Assembly: GCA_964529305.1 (NCBI GenBank)
Contig: CAZGUX010000128.1
Span: 17,347 to 81,346 of the forward strand
Source of the DNA: an uncultured Solibacteraceae bacterium
GTDB taxonomy: Bacteria > Acidobacteriota > Terriglobia > Bryobacterales > Bryobacteraceae
Length of the DNA stretch: 64,000 nucleotides
Direction of reading: 5' to 3'
The position numbers and the translations under genes are program-made. Below, in pieces: positions 35,865 through 45,755 of the stretch. How positions within the stretch are numbered: position 1 is the stretch's first letter; each line of letters starts with the position of its first letter. Below the pieces are notes generated by a model that saw nothing but the letters and a program-made list of their open reading frames with translations, was not told the DNA's origin and searched no databases.

Positions 35865-37682
35865 ATGACGAGACATTCTCCGTGGCGGAACGGCTCCGGG
35901 TGGAAAGCGGCCCGAACGTTCGCCGCCGGCCTGTTTGTGGCCGGTCTCCTGGGAAGTCCTGCCGCCGAATCGGCGCCTTTGAGCAAACTGACAGGCGCCA
36001 TTCTTGGGGTGGTCACGGATCTGCACGGCGCGCCGCAGATGGGCGCGAGCGTGCTGTTGTATGACCGCTACGAGAAGCTGAAACACAAGGTCCTCACGGA
36101 CGAGCGAGGCGGTTTCCGCTTCGCCAATCTGACCGCCGGCTCTTACTCGGTTCGGGTTTCGTTTGCCAGTTTCATGCCGGCCATTCGGGATGCAATCCTC
36201 GTGACCGCGGGCGGCCGCAGCGTGCTTAGCATTACCCTCGCGTCGGTGTTGAGTTCGGTGGAGTTGAGCTACGGCGGCGGGCAACCGCGCTCGCTGATGA
36301 CCGACGAGTGGAAGTGGGTTCTGAGAACCGCCAACGCCGCCCGGCCGGTTCTGCGGTTCACTCCCGGTATTCAGGGCCCGATGACGAACCACCACAGCGG
36401 CGTCTTCTCGGGAACACAAGGCATCGTGAAGGTGTCGGCGGGAGACGGCGGCCTGGTTTCGAGTTTCGGCAACGAGTCCGATCTGGGCACCGCCTTCGCT
36501 TTGGCAACCTCGCTGTTTGGCAGCAATCAGGTGCAAGTCAGCGGTAACGTCGGCTACGCAGCCCAGTCGGGACTGCCGTCCGCCGGTTTTCGGACCACCT
36601 TCAGCCGGAACGCGCACGGCGCGATGAGCCCGGAAGTCTCGCTGACCATGCGCCAGTTGTACATGCCCGCGCGCGTGGGCGCGAGTCTGGTATCCAACGT
36701 TGGGGTGCCGACGCTTCGATCCCTGTCCCTGAGCGTCGATGACAGCATGCGGTTGGCGGAGAATATCCGGTTGGATTACGGCTTTTCCATGGATTCCGTC
36801 ACCTTCTTCGACCGGCTGAACTACATGAGCCCGTATGCCAAGGTGACCTACGACGTCTCGAAAGACGAGGCGTTCGAGATCGCCTACACCAATGGCGTTC
36901 CTCGTTCGGACGTGATGACGGGCGAAGTGCTGAATGCTTCCCTGCAGTCCGAGATCAACGCACTGTCGGTGTTTCCGCGCATCTCCCTCCGCGAGGGACG
37001 TGCCCGCGTCCAGCGGGCCGAGAACTACGAAATCGGGTACCGGAGAAACGAGCACAGCCGCACCTATCGCGCCTCCGTGTTCCGCGAGCGAACGGTGAAC
37101 ACCGGTCTGTCCGCCATCGGCGGCACGGAGTTCATGACCTCGGGCGACCTGCTTCCCGATCTGTTCAGCAACGCGACCGTGTTCAACGCCGGGACCTATA
37201 TGAGTCTTGGCTATCTGGTGGCGGCCACTCAGAGGTTTGGTGAGTATCTGGAAGTGACCGGCATGTACGGGTCGGGCGGCGCGTTGGTGGCGGAGCGGGA
37301 CACGGGTGACATTGCGTCGGCCCAGGAGTTGCGGTCGATGATCAAGCAAGGCCGACGGCAACAGGCCACCGCGCAGATTGCGGCCAGGATTCCTACGGCC
37401 GGGACGCACGTGGTCGCGAGCTATCAGTGGTCCGACCGGCGGGCGGCCACGCCGACGCATTACTTCGTGACGCAGCGCATGCGGTCGGAACCGGGGCTGA
37501 ACGTCTACGTCCGGCAGCCGATTCCCAGCGGGACGGTGTTTCCGGTGCGGATGGAGGTGACGGCTGACCTGCGCAATCTGTTGCAGCAGGGATATCTTCC
37601 GTTCGAATTCGCCAACGGAAGCCGGGTCGTCCTGATGAACACGCCGCGAACGCTTCGCGGCGGGCTCAGTTTCATCTTCTAG
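35865..37682 (+). CDS. Outer-membrane beta-barrel protein with an N-terminal carboxypeptidase-regulatory-like (CarbopepD_reg) domain.
   Basis: Internal ATG at about 35865; the track ORF from 34695 overlaps the preceding gene. Signal peptide, then CarbopepD_reg-like beta-sandwich (GVVTDLHGAPQMGASVLLYD..DERGGFRFANLTAGSYSVRV). Alternating-hydrophobic barrel strands end in a C-terminal Phe (..GGLSFIF). Confidence 0.65.
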   Translation: MTRHSPWRNGSGWKAARTFAAGLFVAGLLGSPAAESAPLSKLTGAILGVVTDLHGAPQMGASVLLYDRYEKLKHKVLTDERGGFRFANLTAGSYSVRVSFASFMPAIRDAILVTAGGRSVLSITLASVLSSVELSYGGGQPRSLMTDEWKWVLRTANAARPVLRFTPGIQGPMTNHHSGVFSGTQGIVKVSAGDGGLVSSFGNESDLGTAFALATSLFGSNQVQVSGNVGYAAQSGLPSAGFRTTFSRNAHGAMSPEVSLTMRQLYMPARVGASLVSNVGVPTLRSLSLSVDDSMRLAENIRLDYGFSMDSVTFFDRLNYMSPYAKVTYDVSKDEAFEIAYTNGVPRSDVMTGEVLNASLQSEINALSVFPRISLREGRARVQRAENYEIGYRRNEHSRTYRASVFRERTVNTGLSAIGGTEFMTSGDLLPDLFSNATVFNAGTYMSLGYLVAATQRFGEYLEVTGMYGSGGALVAERDTGDIASAQELRSMIKQGRRQQATAQIAARIPTAGTHVVASYQWSDRRAATPTHYFVTQRMRSEPGLNVYVRQPIPSGTVFPVRMEVTADLRNLLQQGYLPFEFANGSRVVLMNTPRTLRGGLSFIF

Positions 37683-38545
37683 CCGGCGGCCACTCCCAAC
37701 GCCTTGCGCAAGGCGTCTTTCATCGCGGCTTCCGGAGCCCTGACCCCGGTCCATAGCTCGAAGCCGATCACGCCCTGATACACCAGCATCGAGAGTCCGT
37801 CCAGCGTGCGCATACCCAAGGCCCGCGCTGCGGCCAGCAGGCGCGTCTCGGGCGGGTTGAACACCGCGTCGCAGACGAGCAGGCCGGGGTCCGCGGAGTG
37901 CAAGTCCACCTCCGGCATTGCCCCCACATCCGGAAAAAGCCCGATGGAGGTGGCGTTCACCAGCACCTCCACGCCCGCCGGCACGACGAACGTTCCCTTC
38001 CACGGTGAGAACCGGACGGGACCGCCTGTGCTCGATTGCAGGCTGGCCACCATCGAAGCGCCCCTCTCGACGCCGCGGTTGATCACGAGCACATCCGCGG
38101 CGCCCGCCAGAATCAACTCCGTGGTAATCGCCCGCGCCGCCCCTCCGGCCCCCAGCACCACAATCCGCTTGCCCGCGGGGTCCAGACCCGCATCCTGGCG
38201 TAATCCCCGCAGGAACCCCTTGCCGTCGGTGTTCTCCCCAATCAGGCGATCGCCTTCCCGACGGACGGTGTTCACCGCCCCGATCACGCGCGCTTCCGGA
38301 GCCAGGCCATCGAGGTGCTCGATCACCGCCACTTTGTGCGGAATCGTGAGATTGATGCCTCGCATTCCAAACGCCCGCACGCCCCGCATCGCCTCCGCAA
38401 GCAATCCCGGCGCCACCTCGATGGTCAGATAGCGCCAGTTCAGTCCCGCCGCGGCAAAGCCTGCTTCCTGCATCACCCCTGTGGGATTCTCGGCCACGGG
38501 ACAGCCCAATACGCCGACCAGTTCCGCCTTGTAATTCGCCGCCAT
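37679..38545 (-). CDS. aroE: Shikimate dehydrogenase.
   Basis: 288 aa with AroE motifs (GVLGCPVAENPTGVMQEAGF, NLTIPHKVAVIEHLD, GAVNTV, VLGAGGAARAI). Confidence 0.9.
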   Translation of the reverse strand: MAANYKAELVGVLGCPVAENPTGVMQEAGFAAAGLNWRYLTIEVAPGLLAEAMRGVRAFGMRGINLTIPHKVAVIEHLDGLAPEARVIGAVNTVRREGDRLIGENTDGKGFLRGLRQDAGLDPAGKRIVVLGAGGAARAITTELILAGAADVLVINRGVERGASMVASLQSSTGGPVRFSPWKGTFVVPAGVEVLVNATSIGLFPDVGAMPEVDLHSADPGLLVCDAVFNPPETRLLAAARALGMRTLDGLSMLVYQGVIGFELWTGVRAPEAAMKDALRKALGVAAG

Positions 38546-38596
38546 GGAACCGCCATCATACCGCGGCGGTGAGAACTTCCGGCGGCCGCGACACTA

Positions 38597-40432
38597 TTGT
38601 TTTTGGATGGGAATTTTACCTCGCTCGCCGGCTGTTTCGACCTGTGGCTGGACCGTGCAACCGCCCCCTTCGCGTGCTGGGTGCTGTTGAATACTCTCGA
38701 CGATCTCCTCATCGATGTCGCGTGGCTCGTCTGCTGGCTGCGGGAGAACCTGCTGGGACGGCCGTATGTCCCTTATCCCTATGCCAGTTCGCTCAATCGC
38801 GCACCCGCCCGGCGGATCGCGATCCTGGTGCCCCTGTGGCGGGAGCACCAGGTCATCCAGGGCATGATCGAGCACAACATCGCGGCCCTTCGCTATTCCT
38901 TCTACGAGATCTTCATCGGCGCCTACCCCAACGACACCCGGACCGTCGAGGCCGTACGCGGCCTCGAGCGGCGGTTTCCCCAGGTTCACCTGGCGTTGTG
39001 CCCTCATGACGGCCCCACCTCGAAGGCCGACAATCTCAACTCCATCTACGACGCGCTGACGCGCTATGAGCGCGAGCACCCGGGGCGCCCGTTCGACCTC
39101 GTGATGACGCACGACGCCGAAGACCTGCTGCACCCGGAGTCGCTCCGCTGGGTCAACTACTATTCGCAGTACTGCGAAATGGTGCAGATTCCGGTGCTCC
39201 CGCTACCGACTCCCTGGTGGCACTTGATCCACGGTGTGTACTGCGACGAGTTCGCCGAATACCAGAGCAAGGAACTGCAGGCGCGGCAGGCGCTGGGCGG
39301 CTTCCTCCCGTCCTGTGGAGTCGGCACGGCGTTTTCGCGGGCCGTGGTCGAGCGCATCCGCCGGACCGGCAAGTCGTTCTTTGAACCGCGCAGCTTGACC
39401 GAAGACTACGAGAACGGCTTTCGCGTATGGCGGCTAGGCGGCCGTCAGATCTTTGTGCCCATCTGGAAGCTGCACGGAGCGCCCGTTGCCACGCGCGAAT
39501 ACTTCCCGCGCGCGTTCCGGCAGGCGGTTCGCCAGCGCACGCGCTGGATCACCGGGATCTCGCTCCAATCCTGGGAACTGCACGGGTGGGCGGACACGGT
39601 CGCGCAGTTGTACTGGTTCTGGCGCGATCGCAAGGGCCTGATCGCCAGCCTGCTGGGTCCTTTCTCGATGGCGCTGTTCGGTCACGCCCTCTGGAAATGG
39701 TGTTGTTCATCGGCCGGATGGCAGTGGCCTCCGCGGGACGGCGGGTCGTGGATGCTGGCGGTCTTTGCGCTCGCAATTCCGGTGCAACTGGCCCACCTGT
39801 CGATGCGCATCCTCTTTGTCGCCAGGATCTACGGCCTCGCCTTCGGATTAGCCGCCCCGCTGCGCTTGCCGGTCGGAGCGGTGATCAATTTTCTGGCCAC
39901 GGCCGCCGCGGCCGGCCACTACGCCAAAGCGCGGCTGCTGCAGCGTCCGCTCGAGTGGCTCAAGACGGAACACTCGTATCCGGGCCGGGCGGCGCTGGCG
40001 GAGCACAAGCGCAAACTCGGCGAGATTCTGGTCGACTGGGGATTCCTCCGTCCCCAGGACCTGGAAACCGCGCTCCTCTCGCGTCCGTATCATCTTCGAC
40101 TGGGAGAGCACCTGGTGACGTTGGGCTACGTCACCGAGTCGCAACTCTATCGGGCCTTGAGCCACCAGCAGGGCATTCCGGTGGAGCGCGTGCCGCGCTC
40201 GGTGATCTCCGTGCCCGTCACCCGAAGCCTGCCCCACGACCTCTCCCGCAAATGGCGGGTATTGCCCTTTCAGGTGGAAGGTGGGCAATTGTGCCTGGCC
40301 GGGCCGGAGTTGCCCAACGATCGCATGCGGGAAGAACTCGGGCGGCACAGTTCCCTGAATCTGCACTTCCACTGGATCATGCCCACCGACTACGACGCGC
40401 TGCGCCGCGAGTTTCTGCCCGATCCGGTGTAG
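38597..40432 (+). CDS. NfrB-like membrane family-2 glycosyltransferase (exopolysaccharide synthase) with a C-terminal MshEN/GSPII_E-N c-di-GMP-binding domain.
   Basis: GT2 catalytic motifs (DAED, TEDYE, QRTRW) plus TM segments. The C-terminal ~120 aa carry two MshEN-type motifs (KLGEILVDWGFLRPQDLETALLSRP and RLGEHLVTLGYVTESQLYRALSHQQG). Confidence 0.7.
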   Translation: MFLDGNFTSLAGCFDLWLDRATAPFACWVLLNTLDDLLIDVAWLVCWLRENLLGRPYVPYPYASSLNRAPARRIAILVPLWREHQVIQGMIEHNIAALRYSFYEIFIGAYPNDTRTVEAVRGLERRFPQVHLALCPHDGPTSKADNLNSIYDALTRYEREHPGRPFDLVMTHDAEDLLHPESLRWVNYYSQYCEMVQIPVLPLPTPWWHLIHGVYCDEFAEYQSKELQARQALGGFLPSCGVGTAFSRAVVERIRRTGKSFFEPRSLTEDYENGFRVWRLGGRQIFVPIWKLHGAPVATREYFPRAFRQAVRQRTRWITGISLQSWELHGWADTVAQLYWFWRDRKGLIASLLGPFSMALFGHALWKWCCSSAGWQWPPRDGGSWMLAVFALAIPVQLAHLSMRILFVARIYGLAFGLAAPLRLPVGAVINFLATAAAAGHYAKARLLQRPLEWLKTEHSYPGRAALAEHKRKLGEILVDWGFLRPQDLETALLSRPYHLRLGEHLVTLGYVTESQLYRALSHQQGIPVERVPRSVISVPVTRSLPHDLSRKWRVLPFQVEGGQLCLAGPELPNDRMREELGRHSSLNLHFHWIMPTDYDALRREFLPDPV

Positions 40433-40448
40433 GCCTTCGGCGGAAGAT

Positions 40449-40487
40449 GGCTCCGAACCGCGGATGTGCCCGCGGGCTCTCGGAGCC
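40449..40487. repeat. CCGCGG-core palindromic element, copy B.
   Basis: ggctccgaaccgcggatgtgcccgcgggctctcggagcc is an almost perfect palindrome. It shares cgaaccgcgg with copy A and gcggatgtg with copy C. Confidence 0.55.
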
Positions 40488-40697
40488 GCGACCGCAAAGG
40501 GAGTCCCCGTGGGCCTGCGGCCCACCAAAACGAATCAAGAACGCGTCGCAGCCCCGACGGTAAGGGAGGGGGTTGCCATGTTCTTCAATGGAGCGGTGGC
40601 TCCTCACCGGCCAACATGCATCGCCACCGCTCGCTGACGCTCGCGGCTCAGAAGGCTTCATGGCGGCGATCGGCCGCCGGTCTTTCACTGCCTCTAA

Positions 40698-40772
40698 ACC
40701 CGCGGGTGCCGTGGAGGCGGATGTGAATTCGGGCCCTGTGTAATCCGCGGGTTCACACCCGCGGGTCGGAGA
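40698..40772. repeat. CCGCGG-core palindromic element, copy C.
   Basis: aacccgcgggtg..gtaatccgcgggttcacacccgcgggtcggag is about 80% identical to the right half of copy A (gtacaacccgcgggctcacgcccgcggttcggag). Confidence 0.55.
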
Positions 40773-40805
40773 GATGATGCGCCTCGGCTGCTGGCAAACC
40801 TGGAA

Positions 40806-42245
40806 TCAATCCTCGCTGCGCCGCCGGGGAAAACCGAAGCGGTACAAAGCGTCGTTGGTGCGCACGTAAAGGTCCCCCGCCGAGAGCGCGGGCGTGGCGA
40901 AGCACCCTTCGCCCAAATCGTTGGTCGCGATCACTTCCCACTCGCGTCCTGCCTTCAGGACCGTGATCTTGCCTTCTTCGCTCGGCAGGTAGACTTTGCC
41001 TTCGGCCGCCACCGGCGACGAGGAGTAGCCGCCCAAGGCGCCCGTCAGGCGTCCCGTCTTCGCCACTTTCCCTTCGGCTGCGTCGAACGACGTCAACACA
41101 CCGCCTCCCTTCACCAGGTACAAGACCCCTTCATAGATCAAGGGCGACGGAACCACGCCGACAAAGCTCTTCTCGTACCGCCACAGTTCGCGGCTGGGAT
41201 CGGGAGCTTTCGCGGCTTCACGCCCGGCGCCGTCGACGCGAATCGCCAGCAGACTCGACGGGGCCAACGACATTCGCTGGCGCTGCTCCCATTTTTCGGC
41301 CGTGACAAACCCATCCTTGTTGCCAACAAACCTCCCGATCCCGGTCAGGTACGCGTTGCCGGAGTATTCTTCGGGCGACAGCCGGCCATCGTGGTTCTTG
41401 TCGTATTTCTCCAATTGCCCGGCGAAGGGATTCACCGAGTCATAACCGTAGCCGAACGTGTACAGGGTGTCATGGTCCAGGGTGGGGCTGGCCACGATGG
41501 AAGGGCTCAGATTCGTGCGGCTCCACAGCCGGCTTCCATTGTCGACCCGATGCGCGCCCAACTGGCCCCGGCTCGCGGTGAGCACGACCGGCGGAGAACC
41601 GGAAGGATGATACAGCAGCGGCGTCGCCCAGCCTTCCATCTCTTCCCGCGAAGTTCTCCATCGCGTTTCGCCGTTGCGCGCATCGAACGCCGCGATAAAC
41701 GAGTCGACCATCTGGTCGAGGACGAGGATGACGTGACCTCCTGCCAGGATCGGCGAGGCGGAGTGGCCCATGGAGTTCGAAAACGGGCCAAGGGGCGTCG
41801 TCCAGCGGACCGTTCCAGAGGCGTCGTAGGAGATGAGCCCGTAGTCCGCGAAGAAAGAGTAGACGTTCTCTCCGTCGGTGACCGGCGTGATGGCCGCCGC
41901 GTGATTGAGGTTGTTGGCCGACTCGGCGCGCGGCCGAGGGACCGAACGCTCCCACAGCAGGCTCCCGGATTCGCGGTCGAAGCACTGAGTGAAGAGTTTG
42001 CCTTCATCAAGGGCCGTGAGGAAGATGTGGCGGCGGGTGAGCACCGGCGACGACTTCCCGGGCCGCACGGGCGTCCTCCAGCGGACATTCGTGGTCTTGC
42101 TGAACTCGGCGGGAAATCCGGTGTCTCTGGACACCCCCGAGCCATTCGGCCCCCGGAACCGCGTCCATTCTTCCGCTCTCGCGGCGAACCCGATCAGGAC
42201 TAAGACCACCGGCAACCACGTCGTCACACCGGGCAAGTATAACAT
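40806..42245 (-). CDS. Secreted PQQ-like beta-propeller repeat protein.
   Basis: 479 aa with a signal peptide and repeated propeller blades with a conserved Trp (LLWERSV, VRWTTPL, TRWRTS, RLWSRT, ELWRYE). Confidence 0.7.
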   Translation of the reverse strand: MLYLPGVTTWLPVVLVLIGFAARAEEWTRFRGPNGSGVSRDTGFPAEFSKTTNVRWRTPVRPGKSSPVLTRRHIFLTALDEGKLFTQCFDRESGSLLWERSVPRPRAESANNLNHAAAITPVTDGENVYSFFADYGLISYDASGTVRWTTPLGPFSNSMGHSASPILAGGHVILVLDQMVDSFIAAFDARNGETRWRTSREEMEGWATPLLYHPSGSPPVVLTASRGQLGAHRVDNGSRLWSRTNLSPSIVASPTLDHDTLYTFGYGYDSVNPFAGQLEKYDKNHDGRLSPEEYSGNAYLTGIGRFVGNKDGFVTAEKWEQRQRMSLAPSSLLAIRVDGAGREAAKAPDPSRELWRYEKSFVGVVPSPLIYEGVLYLVKGGGVLTSFDAAEGKVAKTGRLTGALGGYSSSPVAAEGKVYLPSEEGKITVLKAGREWEVIATNDLGEGCFATPALSAGDLYVRTNDALYRFGFPRRRSED

Positions 42246-42359
42246 TCGGAGGAATCGGCGGATCCCATGCCGGCGCCGGCCATGGTTGCCGGACCGATCG
42301 GACCTCCGGTTGGACGGCCGCCAGGCAATGAGGAGTCAAATCTGAGAAGCTGGAAGGCT

Positions 42360-43772
42360 ATGTGGCGACCATCGCTTCTTCTCTTCTTCCCTGTTTTCCT
42401 GGCCGCGCAGTCGCCCCTCCGGTTTGGGAGCGACCTGCAGTTGTTCGTCGACGACTATCTTATCGAGTCGATGAAGGGGACCCGGCTTTGGCTGCATCAC
42501 CCGATTCCCGCGGGAAAAGCCATTGCCTTCGACGAACCGTGGGAAGGCAACGTCAGCGCATACGTCACCGTTTTTCGCGACGGCCCGAAAGTCCGCATGT
42601 ACTACCGCGGCGTCAACGACCCAGCCTATGTGAAAGCCTCGGCGCTCCAGCCTGGCGAGATGAAGCATGCCAAGAACGATGAAGTGGTCTGCTACGCGGA
42701 GAGCCCCGACGGCATCGCCTGGACCAAGCCCAAACTGGGCATCTTCGACTTTCGCGGCTCCAAGGCGAACAACATCCTGATGGCCGGAGATGCGCGGCAC
42801 AACTTCGCCCCGTTTAAGGATCCCAACCCCGCCGCGCCTCCGGCGGCACGCTACAAGGGATTGGGCGGCGCGCGCAAACTCTGGGCGTACCAGTCGGCCG
42901 ACGGAATCCATTGGACCAAGACGCGAGAGGAACCCGTAATCACCGACGGCGCCTTCGACTCCCAGAATCTGGCGTTCTGGGATTCCAAGCGCGGCGAATA
43001 CGTGGCGATCTACCGCGACTTTCTGCAGGGCGTCCGTACCATCAAATGCGCCCGTTCGAAAGATTTCCTGACTTGGACCGCGGGCGAATGGGCGGACTAC
43101 GGCAAGGCGCCGGCCGAGCAACTCTACACCAACGCCACCCAGCCGTACTTCCGGGCGCCGCAGATCTACCTCGCGTTCCCCAAGCGCTACGTCCCGTCGC
43201 GATTCGTGAATCAAGGAGTGACCGATCGGGGAGTCTCGGAAGCCGTGTTCATGACGAGCCGCGATGGCGTGCACTGGAACCGGTTTCTGGAAGCCTTCAT
43301 CCGGCCGGGCCGCGACCCGAGGGACTGGGTCCACCGCAACCGTATGACGGCCGCGGGTCTCATCCCTACAGCCGAGGACGAGATCTCACTCTACGTTTCG
43401 CGGCACTACAACTTTCCCAGCGCCTACCTGGAGCGGCTCACCATCCGGACCGACGGGTTTGTCTCCCTGCACGCGGACTATTCCGGAGGCACCATGACCA
43501 CCCGGCCGTTCTTCATCGAAGGGAACAGGATGGCTCTCAACTATGCGACCTCCGCGGCCGGCAGCATCCGCTGGGAGATCCTCGACATCAACGGCAATCC
43601 GCTGTCGGGTTTCAGTACGGAAGAAACAAAGCTGTTGTGCGGCGACCAGATCGCCGAAGTGATCGAGTTGCAGCGGCGCCGCACGGGCGAGCGCGGGTTG
43701 GGTTCGCGGCCCGTCCGATTGCGGTTCCACCTCAAGGACGCGGACCTCTATTCGCTGCAGTTCCTCGAGTGA
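42360..43772 (+). CDS. Secreted BNR/Asp-box repeat beta-propeller glycoside-hydrolase-like protein (sialidase-like fold).
   Basis: Signal peptide. Two clear Asp-box motifs are present (SPDGIAWTK and SADGIHWTK). The overall length fits a six-bladed propeller. Confidence 0.5.
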   Translation: MWRPSLLLFFPVFLAAQSPLRFGSDLQLFVDDYLIESMKGTRLWLHHPIPAGKAIAFDEPWEGNVSAYVTVFRDGPKVRMYYRGVNDPAYVKASALQPGEMKHAKNDEVVCYAESPDGIAWTKPKLGIFDFRGSKANNILMAGDARHNFAPFKDPNPAAPPAARYKGLGGARKLWAYQSADGIHWTKTREEPVITDGAFDSQNLAFWDSKRGEYVAIYRDFLQGVRTIKCARSKDFLTWTAGEWADYGKAPAEQLYTNATQPYFRAPQIYLAFPKRYVPSRFVNQGVTDRGVSEAVFMTSRDGVHWNRFLEAFIRPGRDPRDWVHRNRMTAAGLIPTAEDEISLYVSRHYNFPSAYLERLTIRTDGFVSLHADYSGGTMTTRPFFIEGNRMALNYATSAAGSIRWEILDINGNPLSGFSTEETKLLCGDQIAEVIELQRRRTGERGLGSRPVRLRFHLKDADLYSLQFLE

Positions 43773-44334
43773 TCCGGCCACCGTTGTGGCGCCGGCTTAA
43801 CGTTCAGGCACAGCGGCTATGCCGGTAAGCGTCGAATGCCGTCGACACGGGAGCCATACCCCAGACGGCGCTGGCGTACAGCGGACTGCCCGGGAGGCCG
43901 TCCTGGAACGGCGCCGGCCGGCGCTCGATCCCCGCGGTCCCCCACACCGCGGATTCCGGTCCGCGAGTCGAACCCTGTTTCGACAACGCAACCTGGGGCC
44001 AACTGCCGGTCTCCGGTAGCTTGACCCCTCTTCCCCTTTGTGCGAACATGTCTCCCCTCTCCTTCCGAGGAACGACCACGACTACCCCGGTGTGTCCGTT
44101 GCCGGATCCACACAATTGGCTTGCGAGTCCTGTCGGGGTGCGCCGCTGCCGATCGCTACTTAGCCCGGCTTTCGTTCCCGTTGTACTGCCTTGGGATGAT
44201 TGTCCGCGATTTTCGCTCAATTTGAAATCCCCAGAAGTACTGCCCGGGTAGCCTTTAAGTAATGAGATCCACTAGGGTAGTCACCCGAGGTCTTCCGTTT
44301 CCGGAAGGCGGGAACGGGGTAGAATGCCCCTATC

Positions 44335-45546
44335 ATGACGAAGCGCCGTAGTTTTCTCAAGGCGGGACTCGCCTCGGCTGTGCCGTCTCTGGCCGTGGGG
44401 GCCCGGGTCGATGGCAAGGGGCCGGTCATCCGCAAGGTCGAGGTGCTGCCGACGGCGGTCCCGTTTGCCCACACGTTCATCATCGGCCGCGGCCAGGTGG
44501 GCGCCTCGGGCGGGACCGGCCGCTACGCCTATGTCCGCGTAGAAACCGAGGACGGAAAAGTCGGATGGGGCGAAACCAATACCTTACCCTCCTGGAGCTA
44601 CGAAACCCTCGAAAGTGTGGCCAGCACCATCCGCTACTACCTGGCGCCCATCGTCATCGGACGGTCGCCTTTCGACCAGGCATATTTCCAAAAGCAGTTC
44701 GACGAGCGGCTGACGCCGGCGGTCAGCCACGGGTTTCCGTTTGCGAAAAGCGCGCTGCTCACCGCAACGCTGGACGCGGCGGGGAAGATCGCGGGACTGC
44801 CGCTCCACCGGTTCTTCGGCGGTAAGATCCATGACAAGGTCGAGTTGTGTTACGCCCTTTCGATCGATACCCCCGAGGTCATGGCGAAGGTGGCGGCGTC
44901 CTATCCCTTCGTCAAGTGCTTCAAATTGAAGGTGGCGGGCGACGCGGACCTGGACAACAAGCGAGTGCGCAGCGTGGTGGAGGCGCGGCCCGACACGGAC
45001 ATCTGGCTCGACGCCAACCAGAGCTACCGGCCGATTCACCTGGAGAGCTTTCTGAAGAAGATCGAAGGAATCGGGCAAGTCCGCTGCCTGGAGCAACCGG
45101 TGAAGAGCGTCGACTGGCTCGGCATGAAGCGCGCGCGCGATCGCAGCGCCTTACCCATCGCTCTCGACGAGGGATGCTTTTCGTCGTACGACGTGGCCCG
45201 GTTGGCGCGGATGGAGGCGGGAGATCTCGTGGTATTGAAGGTCGCCAAAAGCGCCGGCCTGTGGGGTTGCCAGCGCAGCGCGACCGTCGCGGAAGCCAAC
45301 GGTCTGGGGCTGCTCGGCTCGGGTTTGACCGAGAGCGGCGTTGGGCTGATTGCCGCGATCCACTTGTATTCCACCTTGGAACTGCTGTTGCCGCCCGAGT
45401 TGAACGGTCCGGAATTTCTGGCGGATCTCATGGTGGAAGGTCTGGAGATCAAGGGAGCGACCGTGACCGTGCCGGACGCGCCAGGCCTGGGGATTCAGGT
45501 GAAGGAAGACAAGATCCGCGCCGCGGCCATCAAGTTAGAGGCCTAG
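44335..45546 (+). CDS. Enolase-superfamily enzyme of the mandelate racemase / muconate lactonizing enzyme family with a TAT signal.
   Basis: RRSFLKAGLASAV TAT motif. It has the MR/MLE N-terminal capping domain (VRVETEDGKVGWGE) and the barrel metal-ligand region (KLKVAGDAD..WLDANQSY..LEQP). Confidence 0.75.
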   Translation: MTKRRSFLKAGLASAVPSLAVGARVDGKGPVIRKVEVLPTAVPFAHTFIIGRGQVGASGGTGRYAYVRVETEDGKVGWGETNTLPSWSYETLESVASTIRYYLAPIVIGRSPFDQAYFQKQFDERLTPAVSHGFPFAKSALLTATLDAAGKIAGLPLHRFFGGKIHDKVELCYALSIDTPEVMAKVAASYPFVKCFKLKVAGDADLDNKRVRSVVEARPDTDIWLDANQSYRPIHLESFLKKIEGIGQVRCLEQPVKSVDWLGMKRARDRSALPIALDEGCFSSYDVARLARMEAGDLVVLKVAKSAGLWGCQRSATVAEANGLGLLGSGLTESGVGLIAAIHLYSTLELLLPPELNGPEFLADLMVEGLEIKGATVTVPDAPGLGIQVKEDKIRAAAIKLEA

Positions 45547-45755
45547 TGAGCTGTATCAAGAACGCGTCGCCGGGTTGCGGCTGCCCCGAGCCCACGGCGT
45601 GAGCCGCGGGGTTCGATCGCCGAACGAGCAAACGACGAGTAGGTTCGACGTCTGCGCAGGCTCCGACCCACCGCGTGGGTTTGCCTCGGGCGCCCCAGGC
45701 TCGGCCGAGTTTCGCGGTTAGGGCTACAATCCAGGAGAGCCACCAACACACCGCC

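Noticed and set aside
40466-40726. An 86-aa ORF in the GT2/PQQ intergenic region, and similar small ORFs in the gaps at 22388-22594 and 9692-9811.
   Set aside because: They lie within the palindromic repeat elements and have no RBS. Their Arg/Pro-rich composition is driven by the GC-rich repeat sequence.
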